In this document: in pieces, positions 11,990 through 24,687 of the stretch | How the letters are laid out: every line of letters starts with the position of its first letter | Numbering within the stretch: position 1 is the first letter of the stretch | Source: Callorhinchus milii | Taxonomy: Eukaryota | Assembly (NCBI RefSeq): GCF_018977255.1 | Contig: NW_024704742.1 | Coordinates: 94,676,001 to 94,740,000 of the forward strand | DNA length: 64,000 nt | Direction: 5' to 3' | The notes under the pieces: generated by a model | Told to the model about the DNA's origin: nothing | Database searches by the model: none | The model's input: only the letters and a program-made list of their open reading frames with translations | Made by a program: the position numbers and the translations under genes

Positions 11990-13784
11990 GTGAGTAATCA
12001 AGATGTTTTATTCATTATAATTGTAAATGTATTTTGGACATAACCCATCATATAATTGTATTATTTAATTCTGTAATCGAGCAATACATAGGTGGGTTTG
12101 TGCACTGATTAAGACCTTGTATATGTTGGCTGCTTATAGAAACCTGAAACATTCTCAGATTATTTTCAAACCATGCCGAGTTGAGAATTCTGAATGTAAA
12201 CAGTTTCAAAAGTTTTCAATTTGATCCCTTGTTTAGATTTCCACCCTCTATTTTTCTTCCTTGCCCCTTTGCCCAGTCAGAGGATGATTTGTTGTTCTTA
12301 ATCTGTGTCTGTCCGTCCAGTAGTAGAAGTGCAACCTGTGTTTGCCTCCCCTCAGGGCCTAGAAATACTGTGGAACTCGCTCTGTCACAGTGTACAGGTT
12401 CTGTACTACGAGGATATACGTCCCTCTCACCACCCCACCCACCCGATTTCCTATCCTCTCTCTTCAACCCCCTCCCCCACAGCAGTGGGTGAATCGTTCA
12501 GTCATTGTGTCCCCTCTCTCTGGAACTCCAATCCTCTAATGCCTCCACTTCATCTCTATCTCTACATCTTTAAAACCCTGCCTTAAGACCCATCTTATTA
12601 TTATTATTATCTCTTTGACCTCTCTATAAATTACTCAGCATAGAATATTGTTAGGGTAGGCAGGTTTCAAAAATTATTTATGCAAAAGAAACCCTCATTT
12701 CTGGATCTTTTGCAGAAGTAACCTGCAGATTTGTATTTTTTTTCTAGCAACAAATAGATACGTTGAGAAAAATGAAAAGTGATTTGTGTTTGCTCAAGTG
12801 GTATTTGAATTGCTTTGTTTTTTTGCGTGGGGGATGGGGGGGCTAAAAGTTTGGAAAAATATACTAATTAGGATTATTATGCGAGTTTTGCAAATGTATG
12901 TGTAATAGACTCCATGTGTAAATGTGTGCACTGAGGAAATTAAAGATGCCCTTGAATAATCAACAAAAAGGATTTATGAATTATTGTAATAACTAATGCT
13001 TTTCATTGATTATTTACATAGTTGAGAGGACCTGCAATTTTCTTTGTACAGTTGCACATGATTTACTTATGATGTTTGATGCACATGCATTTACACGTTA
13101 GACATCATTTTGCTGTTTAAGATGAGCCAGGAGAACAATTTTGATAGGTCTATTAGCAATTTTAGGGAAAAATGTTCCTTATAATGAAGCTGCTCCTGAA
13201 ATTAGATAATTACATAGGAATGCATAGAATCACAGACCATCTGACATTTTAGACGTAACAAATTTAGAAAATAAGTTAAATAACTTAGGTACTCCATCTC
13301 GTAAACCTTTCTGTTTGCTTTTATCCTATTTATGCTTTAATAATTTAATTATGCCCACAAAGCATGCAGTCAATTCACTTTACAGTGTCGCTTTGAGACA
13401 TCTCGAAGATGTGATAAGGCGCTATATCAAATGCAAGGATTATTATTATTTAATGCTCTAATATGAAATTAAACCTCAAAAAATCTGCCTTAATACCTTT
13501 AAGAAAAACAGCTCATTTATGAATAAACTGATATTGTACAATAATAATCCTTGTATTTACCATGTAAAAGATTGCATTTTAGAAATGCAAGAAATGTTTA
13601 AATTGTGTTGTAAGGGCAGAAACTTCTAATAACTTTGATATGTCCTCCTGTCGTGAAGGATACTATATCAAATGTAATGATTATTATTAATTAGAATTTA
13701 GTGCATTTCTCTGTAAATCACAGTGAAAGAATGCAGGTATGTGTACTCAAGTACTTAATTCCTTTTTAAAACAATCTTCTGCAG

Positions 13785-13965
13785 GAAACCGGCCTTACAT
13801 TTTCCTTTCGTCTCGTGTGCACCCTGGAGAGAGCAACTCCAGTTGGGTGATGAAGGGCACCCTAGAGTTTTTAATGAGCAACAGCTTGGCAGCTCAAAGC
13901 TTACGGGACTCTTACATTTTCAAAATTATCCCCATGCTAAACCCAGATGGTGTTATTAATGGAAG
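13785..13965 (+). CDS. AGTPBP1: AGTPBP1 coding exon (7th in window), zinc-binding HxxE
   Basis: ctgcag|...|gtgagt; [59 protein letters not shown]. Confidence 0.97.
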
Positions 13966-14184
13966 GTGAGTCTCTTTATACCACATTATGTTACTTTGCA
14001 ATAGTTTTATAAATACAAAAGTTTTACAAGGTATAATAGAACTCTGTTATAAAGCGTATTGTTATAATAAGGGTTTTCTTATAGCTTAATTGGGATTTGG
14101 GCTCCAACCTTTATTTTACCAAAATTCCAAAATACACATGCTAGCTCCATCATATTGGAAGCCAAAATGGTCAACTTCCGGGTG

Positions 14185-14561
14185 TGGAGTCCTATAGCGT
14201 ATTGGTTAGAGTACTAACACGCGAGAGGACCTCGGTTCGATTCCAGTGTGGGGTGAAACCTTAGGCAACCTTCCTTACTCCTCTGTTAACTAGCAGTAAC
14301 TAGGAACCTGGTTGTTAGTCAATTGGCGGATTGCTTTCTGGGGGTAATAATCCGTTCTCTCCCCCCCCCCCCCCCAAAACAAATACATAAATAATAATAA
14401 ATTGGTCACTCAATACAAGACTGTTTGTGGGACACTACTGTGCACAATCGGCTGCCAAGTTTCGCCCACAAAAGTATACAGTCAATTCACTTTACAGAAT
14501 ATTCTGTTGAGACGTCTCAACAATGTGATAAGGCACTATATCAGATGCAAGGGTTATTATT
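14185..14561 (+). mobile_element. Full-length tRNA-derived SINE, longer subfamily
   Basis: Head GGAGTCCTATAGCGTATTGG...GGTTCGATTCC; extra internal block TAGGAACCTGGTTGTTAGTCAATTGGCGGATTGC also at 31282 (+) and ~55200-55250 (-); same tail. Confidence 0.85.
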
Positions 14562-15469
14562 TGGTCATTTTGCTTTCATACCATCCTCTTATCATAGTTC
14601 AATGTATATGTGTCTCCATGTATCTACCACATTGGGTTTGACTGCTAAAAATGGGAGATTATTTACTACTTCAAGATTTAAACCTAAAATCTAACCAATG
14701 AATAAATCAAATGAAATCAACCATTTCATAATGATATTTTGCAGCTAATACGTAGTTGGAGTAGCAGCAGATTAAATAACTTAGTCACACTTTGAGTGTT
14801 TCAATTATACAGTTCAATAACACAATACTTTCAGCAGACCACTTTTTCCTGAGCCCTTTTCCCCCGTCTACAAATACACTTACATTTGCAACTCACACAA
14901 GTAAATTTTAAGATCTTGATAAAAGCCCTGGCACTAGAGATTTTTCAAATGGAAGTTTGTGCTGTCACTGAACTTGGCTCTCATTTGATATACCTACCAT
15001 TCTTTATAGTGCTATCACTGATTGGATTACAAAAGATTGTTTGATTTTTAGATTGCCAGATGTCTGCATTGAAAGATCAAAGAATCTCTTGGGATTCGAC
15101 CAGTTGAAGCGAAATATTCAGATCATGATATTAAACAGTCTTTCACAATGCAATCTGGTATTTGTGATGTTAACAATGATAGTGTGTTTAAATTGCAGTT
15201 CTTTATTAAGGCAGGGTAGTAGTATTTCTTAATCCACTTATACTATAGAGTTGCTATTTTTAATGTAATCTTTGTATTGAATGAGCACCATCTTTACAGA
15301 CCAGTATATTGACTTTTAAGGGACCCAATTCAAAGTTTAAAAAGAAAGCAGTGGCAGTCCACTTGGAATAAATCAGTCTCGAGGTTTTGGCTTCACACCA
15401 TTTACAGCATAACAGCAGCACTGTAAAGCAAACTTTATGAACCTTTTACAAAAATCCTAATCCTACAAA

Positions 15470-16339
15470 AATTTATAGTTATAATAACTTAACCTCCACC
15501 CCAGACATGGAACTATGTTATTTTTAGGTAGGGTACCCAAATCCACGCATAATATTGTTGCTTTACGTTTAATGTTGATAAGGAAATGAATCTCACCAGC
15601 TCATCAGTGACATTAGAATATTAACTGGACTTCGAGTGCCTGGGCTTTGCATAAAAGTTGCCTCCAGAAATTAAGATGTCTAACCAGCAGCGTAACTCTA
15701 GCTCATGTTGCTCTATTACCAACGCTTGGTTGATATGAAATCTGTAGTTCAATTGAGCAATCTGATGATTCGTTTCTTTAAACTAGCAAATTTCAATGTG
15801 TAAATTTAGCTTTCAGGATCATATTTGTCTCCTTGTTAACTGAGACTGCCTATTGCATAGTTAAACTGCCACATATTTTGATCACTCTTGCCTAGAATCC
15901 TTGAGAAACCACTGGTTTGGGGTTTTCTGAAGAAGTCCATTTTAAAGATAAAGAAATGCTGTGTACTTGTATAATAAACTTCACAATTTTCATTAAATCT
16001 AAATAATTTAATTTGTTTTTAAAAAGGTAAAGTAAAAAGGTAGTTTTTTTGACAACATATCACAATGTATTTTAAATGTATTTTCTAAATAGTTTACCTT
16101 TTTGTGATTTATAATAAGTTTCTGTGAGTGAAGATATAATATGTGAAATCGTACCAATGCATATCCTGGAATGCAAAGGCCCTCGACTAAAAGTGAAGTC
16201 AAATAAGTTATTCTAACTCCTGAAGAAATATCATTGGCAAGCCCATTTTTAGAATATTATGCGTGGATTTGGGTACTCTATCTAAAGATAACATAATTCC
16301 ATGTCTGGGGTGGAGGTTAAGTTATTATAACTATAAATT
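15470..16339. repeat. 87 bp inverted repeat pair (15470-15556 / 16253-16339)
   Basis: Arms are reverse complements with 4 mismatches. Confidence 0.93.
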
Positions 16340-17089
16340 CAAGAAATTGAGCTAGGTTTCATGAGCAGAAGAAGATTAATAGGATCATGATTGAAATGAA
16401 ACTTTGACAGTACTTTCATAATTAGAAAAAACGACTGAAAACAGGTGGCCATAGACAAGATTGTTAGGATTTACTTTCTTTGGAAAGAACAATGGAAACG
16501 ATTCTGATTAAAAACATGTAATGTTAGTGCTGCACCTTCTTTAAAAAATAGTGTATGGATGAAAATCTGGTTATGAATATGATAGTTTTCTGGTACAAGT
16601 ATTCAACACAAAATATGTGGGACACTTATGCGTAAATTGGCTGCCACCTTTGCCTACAGTTGCACAATCAATACACTTTACAAAAATCTGTTTGAAGTTC
16701 TTTGAAGATATTTTGACTTTATAAGGCACTGTATCAAATGTATTATTGTATTAATTTTATTATAAAAGAAATAATTAATACACGGACTGTGGAGGATGTT
16801 ATACACCTTGTGTAAACCATCTAAATGCGGGCTTATTATATATTATGTGTAAACTGTGTGTAAACAAATGTGCACAGAGGGAATTAGCCAACGGAAAAGT
16901 TATAAAATAATAAACTACCAATCCAATTCATTGGTGTTTCCAGAAGTGTACCTTTAATTTTCTTTGGACACGTTTTTGTACATGATGGTTACCTCCTCCC
17001 TGCCTCTGGCTGTGCCACTTTTAAGCCCTCCAAGACGAGGGCCATATATAAATGCAAGATGTTATGATTTACACGTAGCACATAATATA

Positions 17090-17303
17090 TTGAGTTGTTC
17101 GGATCTGGAATGCATTGCCTGAAAGGGTGGTGGAAGACGATTCAATAACAACTTTTAAGAGAGAAGTAGATAATTATTTGGAGGGGACAAGTTTGCAGGA
17201 CTATGGGGAGAGAGTGGGGGAGAGGGATTGATTTGGATAGCTCTTTTCAAAGAGCAGGCACAATGGGCCGAATGGCCTCCTTCTGTGCTCTATGATTCTA
17301 TGA
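17090..17303 (+). mobile_element. CR1-clade LINE 3' end
   Basis: Encodes VVRIWNALPERVVEDDSITTFKREVDNYL; 3' UTR ATGGGCCGAATGGCCTCCTTCTGTGCT and ATTCTATG terminal repeat. Confidence 0.85.
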
Positions 17304-17421
17304 ACTGCATTTACATGTGGTTTGCACATTGTAATTAATAGAACATAGTTCATAGAATGCAATGCAATAGAATGCAATGGGCTTCAATTTCTTATTCTGT
17401 GTTTTGTTTTCTGTTCTGAAG

Positions 17422-17551
17422 TCATCGCTGTTCTTTAAGTGGAGAGGATCTGAACCGGCAATGGCTAAACCCTAATCCGGAAATTCACCCAACAATTTAT
17501 CATACCAAGGGGCTCCTGCAGTACTTGGCCAGCATACATCGTACTCCTCTG
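17422..17551 (+). CDS. AGTPBP1: AGTPBP1 coding exon (8th in window), DLNR motif
   Basis: ctgaag|...|gtaaga; [43 protein letters not shown]. Confidence 0.96.
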
Positions 17552-17729
17552 GTAAGAGTGAAGAAAAAAGCAACCTTGTGTCTTAACTACAATTTGGAAT
17601 AATCCTATTTTAATGCTATTATAAATGTTCGAGACTGCACATTTGCTTTACAACTTTCCACAGCTTCTGTTGACCAAAGTGAAAAGGGGACTATATCAAT
17701 CACAACAACATTTGTATAACAACAAGATT

Positions 17730-18400
17730 CAACAACAACAAGATTCCATTTATTGAGCGCCTTTCACGTCGGGAGGACGTCCCAAGGCGCTGTACAGTTG
17801 GGTCAGGACCCGAGCATTGGGGGGGAAATGGTAAGGGTGAGGGGAGGGAAGGGAGGGGGCGAGGAGGGGGTAGAGAGTCGAGAGGAGAGCTGAAGGCACG
17901 GTCAAAGAGAAAGGTCTTGAGACCGGTCTTGAAGGAGGAAAGGGAGGAAGCAAAGCGTAGGCACTGGGGGATGGAGTTCCAGAGCCTAGGGGCTGAGAGG
18001 CTGAAGGCCCGGCCACCGATGGTAGGGCGGTTGGGGCGGGGGATGTGGAGCAGACCGGAGCCAGAGGAACGGAGGGTACGGGCAGGTAGGTAGGGGAATA
18101 GTAGGTCAGAGAGGTAGGAGGGAGCAAGGCCGTGAATGACCTTGTAGGTGAGGATGAGGATCTTGAATTCCATCCTCTGGGGGATGGGGAGCCAGTGGAG
18201 GCGAGCGAGGGTGGGAGTGATGTGGTCCTGGTGCTGGACAGTACACGAGCTGCAGAGTTCTGAATGACCTGCAGCTTGTGGAGGGAGGTGCCGGGAAGGC
18301 CGGCGAGGAGAGAGTTCCCATAGTCCAGTCTTGAGGTGATAAAGGCGTGGACCAGAGTTTCAGCAGCGTGAGGTAGTGCCGTAGTCTGGCGATGTTTTGG
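17730..18400 (-). mobile_element. L2-clade LINE, 5'-truncated young copy (ORF2 C-terminus + 3' UTR)
   Basis: Frames read AETLVHAFITSRLDYGNSLLAGLP...LQVIQNSAAR and FKILILTYK..HGLAPSYLSDLL...RTLRS...GGRAFSLSAPRLWNS.P...FKTGLKTFLF, typical of L2 ORF2; stem-loop and (TTG)n tail. Confidence 0.92.
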
Positions 18401-20371
18401 AGTAACACAAAAAGTAGGGAAAATAAACTTCTCAAAAATATAACTGATTAGAAATGAAGTGGAAGTTGTATAGGTAAAGTGGCAGCTCATCTGCTCCAGG
18501 AGTGTCCTATGAACAAAAATGATGAGAGCAGCTAATTCATGTTAATTGGAGGTAAATTTGAATTAGAAGGATTATACAAGACATGATAGCTGGAAGACGA
18601 CTACCAGTTTTATCTGGTAAAATAAATACTGTATTAGCATTTTGTTTAGACATGATAGCTATTGTCTGTTTTACTACAGCAATCTTTTTAAGCGCAGCTA
18701 AATAAGACGATCACTGGCATATGTTGTATAAAATGCTCATTTAATTTTGATTGTCTTAAAATTCAGGCATCATTGGTTTGTGAATAGTACCTCTCAGTAT
18801 ATTATTATAGAATGCACATCAAGGTAACCCTAAAATGCATGGTTAATTTGTCAATAATCTTGCATTGGTAATGTCACAACTTTGTCCATCAGAGATTGCC
18901 TTCAATGTCAGCTAAAACTATTCCATCAAAATAAAGCATTCTACAATGAAACGGTTCAATACATCATTCAAAATATTGTACTATATAAATTCTTTTCATA
19001 AAGTTAGTGGAAAGGAAGAATTACATGATGTTGTCTGACCTGTCTCGATGAAATTATTTTCTTGTAATTGCTTCTTCCCACTTGTTATTGAAGCACTAAA
19101 GGATTTCAACAACCATATAAAGGGCTTACCATGACAAAATAATTCAAAGAATGTTATCAATTAGCGAATACTCCATAGGTTTTGTGCATTTCTTGCTATT
19201 CTGTTTAGTAATCAACAGTACAAAATTGCAGGAAGTTGTTTGTCCAGATGTTTTGGGAGAAACAAGCTCAGTAGACCCTCATATAATAATTATCCTTGCA
19301 TTTGATATAGCACCTTATCACATCATCAATATGTTTTAAAGTGCTGCAGAGGTTTTTACTTTAAGTGTAATGACTATGTATTTTGTAGGCGAACACCGCA
19401 ATCGATCTGTGCACAGCAATGTCCCATATATATCATACATATATATATATCATATACTAAATGTGGAGTACACTTTCAGCTTCCAGCACAGACTCGCTGG
19501 CTTCCTGAGATAATGTGCAGGAAGGAAGGTTCTCCTGACATCTGGCGGTGCCTTAGCAACCGCTCGAAACACTCGAGAGTTTAATGATGTCAGTGGGGAT
19601 CTGCTACCCAGAAGTGCTGAGGTACTTTATAATGTGATCTGTTATAATGGAGGTTGGAATTTATGGACCTAAATCACCGGGTTATAACGTGAGCCAATTA
19701 CATTAAATATGATAATGAGACGGCATATTTATTTTAATCCACAGTATTTTGGCTTGTATTTTACTGCTTTTTGCTTCTGGCCTAATTCTCTTTCCTCCTT
19801 TACACATTTACATGTAAATAAGTAGATGATTTCAAAGTCATCATTGTATCATAAGAAAGATTATGTTAACAAAGTCTAAAATATAGAGAATTAGAGATGA
19901 TGATGATGTAGTGTTTTGTTAAAAAAAAGCCTGAAAATCCAGTGATTATTGTAGATTACAAACTTGGGAGAAACGATGCTCGTGACTGTCAGGGGCAGGA
20001 AGAGACCATCGGTCTATTTGATCCCAAAGACAACTTCCCACAAGACCCGGCTATCTCATCTGATTACCCAAAGTCCCTTTAATTTTCAGGAACTTGTCTG
20101 GCCGCATTCTGAAACTATTAATGGGAATGCTCACTTTCTATCAGTACTTTTCTGTTAAGTATAGCTAACGTAAGTGGGATATTGGAGGTACTGTGACATT
20201 TGGAGCTTTATGCCTAATAATAATAATAATAATCCTTGCATTTGATATAGCGCTAATCACGTCGTTGAGACTCCTATGCAGCAAGTGCTGCATAGAATAT
20301 ATTGTAAAGTGATGTGACTGTCCTATGTTTGTTTGGAGTGGAGTTGTACCAGTTTATAATGTGGGACTGTT

Positions 20372-20662
20372 CATATGCCTTGCTCGCCCCACTATCGGCG
20401 GGCAGGCCTTCTGCCACTCTGCACTCATCCTCTGGAACTCCATCCTGCAGTCCCTCCGTCTTGCCTCTTTCCTCGCCACCTTCAAGACCTACTTCAAGAC
20501 TCTCCTCTTCGACCGAGCTTTCGATCTCCCTGCTTGCCCCCCCCCCCCCCCGCCCTCCCCCACCGAGACCTTCAGCTCGGGTCCATAACTCTGTCTGTCC
20601 AGGGCCTTGGATGTACTCCCGACATGAAAGGCGCTATACAAATGTAATTTGGTTGTTGTTGT
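20372..20662 (+). mobile_element. L2 LINE 3' fragment
   Basis: ORF LARPTIGGQAFCHSALILWNSILQSLRLASFLATFKTYFKTLLFDRAF plus (TTG)n tail. Confidence 0.85.
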
Positions 20663-22114
20663 TCATTTCCAAATCAAAAGCCTATCTGCCCTTATAATAG
20701 ATAGAAATACAGACTTTTATTTTCTACCCTGCTCATTTATATATTTATCTCAGTGTATTTAACTGTCCTGTCCTGCACCTACTAAATTTCGCTCACAAAA
20801 TATAGTCAATTTACCTTACAATATATTCTGTGAAGCGCTTTGAGATGTCTCGAAGATGTAATAAGGCGCTATATCAAATGCAAGGATTATTATTAAAGTG
20901 TAGTCAGTGCACTTTATGGTAAATCATATGAGGCTCTTTAAGACTTCCTCTTGACATAAAAGGTGCTACAGTATATCAAATGCAAGGATTATTTTTAATA
21001 ACAATATTTGTGCTGCTGGACTTTTTGTCAGCATTCCAGTAAAATGTAAATACATCTTCCCACTATCTTATCCAGCTAGGACTGTTGTTCCCTTTAGGCT
21101 TTGGCTTTTAGAGTTAACAGGAGCCAAGTGGGAAGAATCCAGAAAGAGGAGGGAAAGACGGTTGGCAGGAGAGGGGATACATGTTGGATGGATGTGTTTA
21201 TTCTCCGAGACATCTCCAACTAATTACTTTTTTGTTTCATCTTCTTTCGCTGAGTGTTTTAAAACTCGGTGTCCCCATTAAATGCACTCGTCCTCTTGTG
21301 AAATGTTCAAATTGAACTAAACCATTTATAATTTAAACCCCCCAAAATAAGTACTTAAGCCTGAAGTTGTTTACAAAGTGCTGATGAGTAAGTTTGTTTT
21401 AAATAAATGATCAGTAGAGATTCAGCTAATGGTGGGGGAATGCATTTAGTATTCTTAATCTGTGGTTTGAGTAAGATAAAGGGTCCCATTTTATCCACAG
21501 CAGCTCTTTAATGTAACCGTAATATACCATGACCACTGAATATACAATCTTTAAAGGCACACTTGTGAATCGAGAATCCATGCAGAATACTTGATATACT
21601 ATATAACACTATTCAAAAAGAGAGGGAAATTTCTCTCAGTGCCCTAACCAACATTCCCCCATATAATATTAGTCACTCACTTCATGCGAGACATTGCTAT
21701 GCACAAATTAACTGCTGTGTTTGCCCACAAAATACACAGTCACTGCCCTTTACAGTATATCCTTTGAGACATCAAAGCGCTTTGAGACATCATCCAGACG
21801 CGAAAACCACTTGCGTTATGCAAAGATTCTTATTAACAACAACAAAATTACATTTATATAGTGCCTTTCATGTTGGGAGGAATTATTAAATTCCAACATG
21901 AGAAAAAAAATGTATGCTAAATGCCAAAAATAACATTATTGAAAGGACACCCATTTTACCACACTTTCTTTCTCCAATAATACTATATCAAATCCAGATT
22001 TCAACACTTGAGGGACGATTAGTTCACCTTTTTTGATTTTTTTTTGATCAAAAACACAGTAATTTGTTCATCCATGGTTTTTTCCTACAATTTACTCAGT
22101 TGTACTTCAAACCT

Positions 22115-22542
22115 TGCCACTCATTTTCTCAGCAGTCCCTCATCTCCGCAATATCGCCCAGCTCCACCACTATCTCTCCTCAGACCGTATCAAGCTCATC
22201 ACCTTTAGGCTCAGCTGCTCTAATGCCCTGCTTGCTGGTCTTCCAGCTTCCCCCCCCACCCCCGCCACACACACAACCTGCAGACCATCCAGAACTTTGC
22301 AGCCCATATCCTCTGCACCAGACCAGCACCCGTATCTTGGTTTGGCTCCACTGGTTCCTTATCTCTCAATCCCTCACCAGATTGAATTGATAGTTCTCAT
22401 CCACACTTTCAAATGCCTCCTTGGGCCCACCCCGTCTGACCTCTGTGACCCGGCTGCCGTGACCAGTCAGGAAACTTTGGCCTTCATATACCCTATCCTT
22501 CCACAGTGAAAGGTACTATATAAATCTAAACTGTTGTTGTTT
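22115..22542 (+). mobile_element. Degenerate L2 fragment
   Basis: HLRNIAQLHHYLS...RLSCSNALLAGLP; L2 tail at ~22505-22542. Confidence 0.7.
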
Positions 22543-22789
22543 ACCATCTGAATTAAACCCCTAGCTGTAAGTGAGAGATATTGTGCTTTGACAGTCTGTC
22601 CTGCTAAATATTACAGGCCAATTAATTGCTGTTTAATATATGAATTAACTGCTGCAGTGTTACTTACAGCAGACTTTGTGTTTCACATATTAAACCATGG
22701 AAAATAAATCTGACTTGCAAGTTGACCTTCGTTTAACCCAATGCTTTGAGCAGCTGTTTGACTCCAGTTAATGTTTTAGTATTTGCTCA

Positions 22790-23500
22790 AGTCACCCCGC
22801 TTCCCCTTCCTCCCCTCAGTCCTACAGATCACTATTTCATCTCCCTTAATTCCTCCATTCCCCCTCCCTGCCATCCATCTCACATGCATTTCCTATTGTG
22901 CCTGGAGAAAAATCCCCCTCCGTGCCTTCTCCTGCCCTGGAGGCATCTAAACTCCTTCCCCTCTGGCCCTCCTCCTGCAATGATGTACCCTCCTCGGTCA
23001 CCCTTCTAAATAACTTCCTCATGGACATCCTCGATACCCTTGCCCCATTATCTCCCGCACCACCTCCTACTCGCACAAGTCACCCTGGTACATCAGCCAC
23101 CTCCACTCCTTCAAATCTCAGGTGTGCTACGCCAAAGCACCTGGCGCAAATCCAGATTGGCAGTTCAACATCAGATCCTGCAGGACTGCACCAGGATCTA
23201 CCGCTCTGCCATCGCTTCAGCTAAGTCATCCTTTTATTCCAAAATCATCTTGGAAACAAAAGACAACTCCAGACTCTTCTTTCTACTGTTAACCAAATCC
23301 TCCATCCACCCTCCCATGCCTCTGCCATCTCCTCCAACACCAAATACGAGGAGATGATGGATTTCCTTGAGCCCAAAGTTGAGGGGATTGGCTCTGCTTC
23401 CTCTAACCCCTCTACCACCACCCCATCCACACCCCTCGCTCCCTCATCCCTCCCTCCACACTTTTGACCCTGTCCCGCCCTCTTTGCTCACTTCCTTTCA
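22790..23500 (+). mobile_element. L2 ORF2 internal fragment (endonuclease-RT linker)
   Basis: Frames with TDHYFIS, ILDTLAPL, WRKSRLAVQHQI...YRSAIASAKSSFYSKII...NSRLFF, as in L2 ORF2. Confidence 0.75.
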
Positions 23501-23502
23501 CA

Positions 23503-23749
23503 AGGGTGAAATCTTGGGCAAGTTTCCTTACTCCACACGCCTAATAATAATCCCTCCAAAAACAAAACAGTAATAAATTGGTCATTTTCAATCCACGACT
23601 GTTTGTGGGACACTGCTGTGCGCAATTGACTGCCGCGTTTCGCCCACAAATATGCGGTCAATTCACTTTACAATCTATTTTGTGAAGCGCTTTGAGACGT
23701 CGAGAAGACGTGAAAAGCGCTATATCAAATGCAAGGATTATTATTATTA
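23503..23749 (+). mobile_element. 5'-truncated SINE (short family)
   Basis: Matches the 28861 copy from GGG(T/C)GAAA..TTGGGCAAG to the (ATT)n tail. Confidence 0.85.
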
Positions 23750-23985
23750 CTTACTGTCACCAACCCACTCACATCCTGAGAAGTTGGAATGTCAAAACCA
23801 TTGGCTTCTTCTTGGTGGTAATGCTCCGATAGGTTTGTGGAACATAGTTCAATAAATCATACATACAGACAGAGATTGTAATGGTAGGCTATGTCACAGA
23901 ATTGTTGCTTCTGCTTTCTGTGTATCAGTAAAGAAAATGATCAATATTTGTTTTCATAATTTCAATGTGGGATTAAACATTTGGC

Positions 23986-24608
23986 CTCTCCCTCCGTCAG
24001 TGTGCTCTGGTCTGCTACATGTCTCCCGCCCTACCATCGGTGGAGTCCTGTAGCTCAGTGGTCAGAACACTCGCTTTGCAAGTGAGAGACCTGAGTTCAA
24101 TTCCAGTCAGGGCGAAACCTTGGGCAAGTTTCCTTACTCCACACGCCTAATGATAATCCCTCCAAAATCAAAAACAATAATAAATTGGTCATTTTCAATC
24201 TACGAATGTTTGTGGGACATTGCTGTGCGCAATTGGCTGCCGCGTTCGCCACAGTCAATTCACTTTACAGTGTGTTCTGTGAAGCGCTTTGGGACGTCCT
24301 CCCGACATGAAAAGCGCTATATCAAATGCAAGGATTATTATTATTATTATTGTTGGCCGGGCGTTCAGCCTCTCTGCCCCCACACTCTGGAACTGCATTC
24401 CACGGTCCCTTCGCCTCACTTCCTCCCTTGCCTCCTTCAAGACCCTTCTCTTCGATCGTACCTTTGGTAGCCCTCCCACCTCTCTGCCTTCCCTCACTCC
24501 TCCGCCACCCCTCCCCCGTGCTCGGGGCCCCGACACCTGACTGTTCAGCGCTTTAGGGTGTCCTCCCGACATGAAAGGCACTCTATAAATGTAATTTTGT
24601 TGTTGTTG
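23986..24608 (+). mobile_element. L2 3' fragment split by a SINE
   Basis: 23986-24041 and 24355-24608 join into continuous L2 sequence ending in (TTG)n, 80 bp upstream of an exon. Confidence 0.85.
24042..24353 (+). mobile_element. Full-length tRNA-derived SINE nested in an L2 fragment
   Basis: Same head and tail as the 28861 copy; interrupts L2 sequence ACCATCGGT|GGCCGGG. Confidence 0.9.
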
Positions 24609-24687
24609 TGGCTCTTAGGGATGATCCATACAGGAGCTACTCGAGAGTTTTTTTTCATGCCTTTTTCACTCCACCGTTGTATTGCAG

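Noticed and set aside
13421..13450. Repeated GCTATATCAAATGCAAGGATTATT motif suggesting a CRISPR-like or regulatory array
   Set aside because: Dispersed on both strands with irregular spacing; these are 3' ends of truncated SINEs.
17700..18490. Longest ORFs in the track (246 aa, 157 aa)
   Set aside because: Frames of a truncated, frameshifted L2 ORF2; not a host gene.
23652..24470. Recurrent peptide '[23 protein letters not shown]' in several ORFs
   Set aside because: Translation of the SINE 3' tail, not a protein family.
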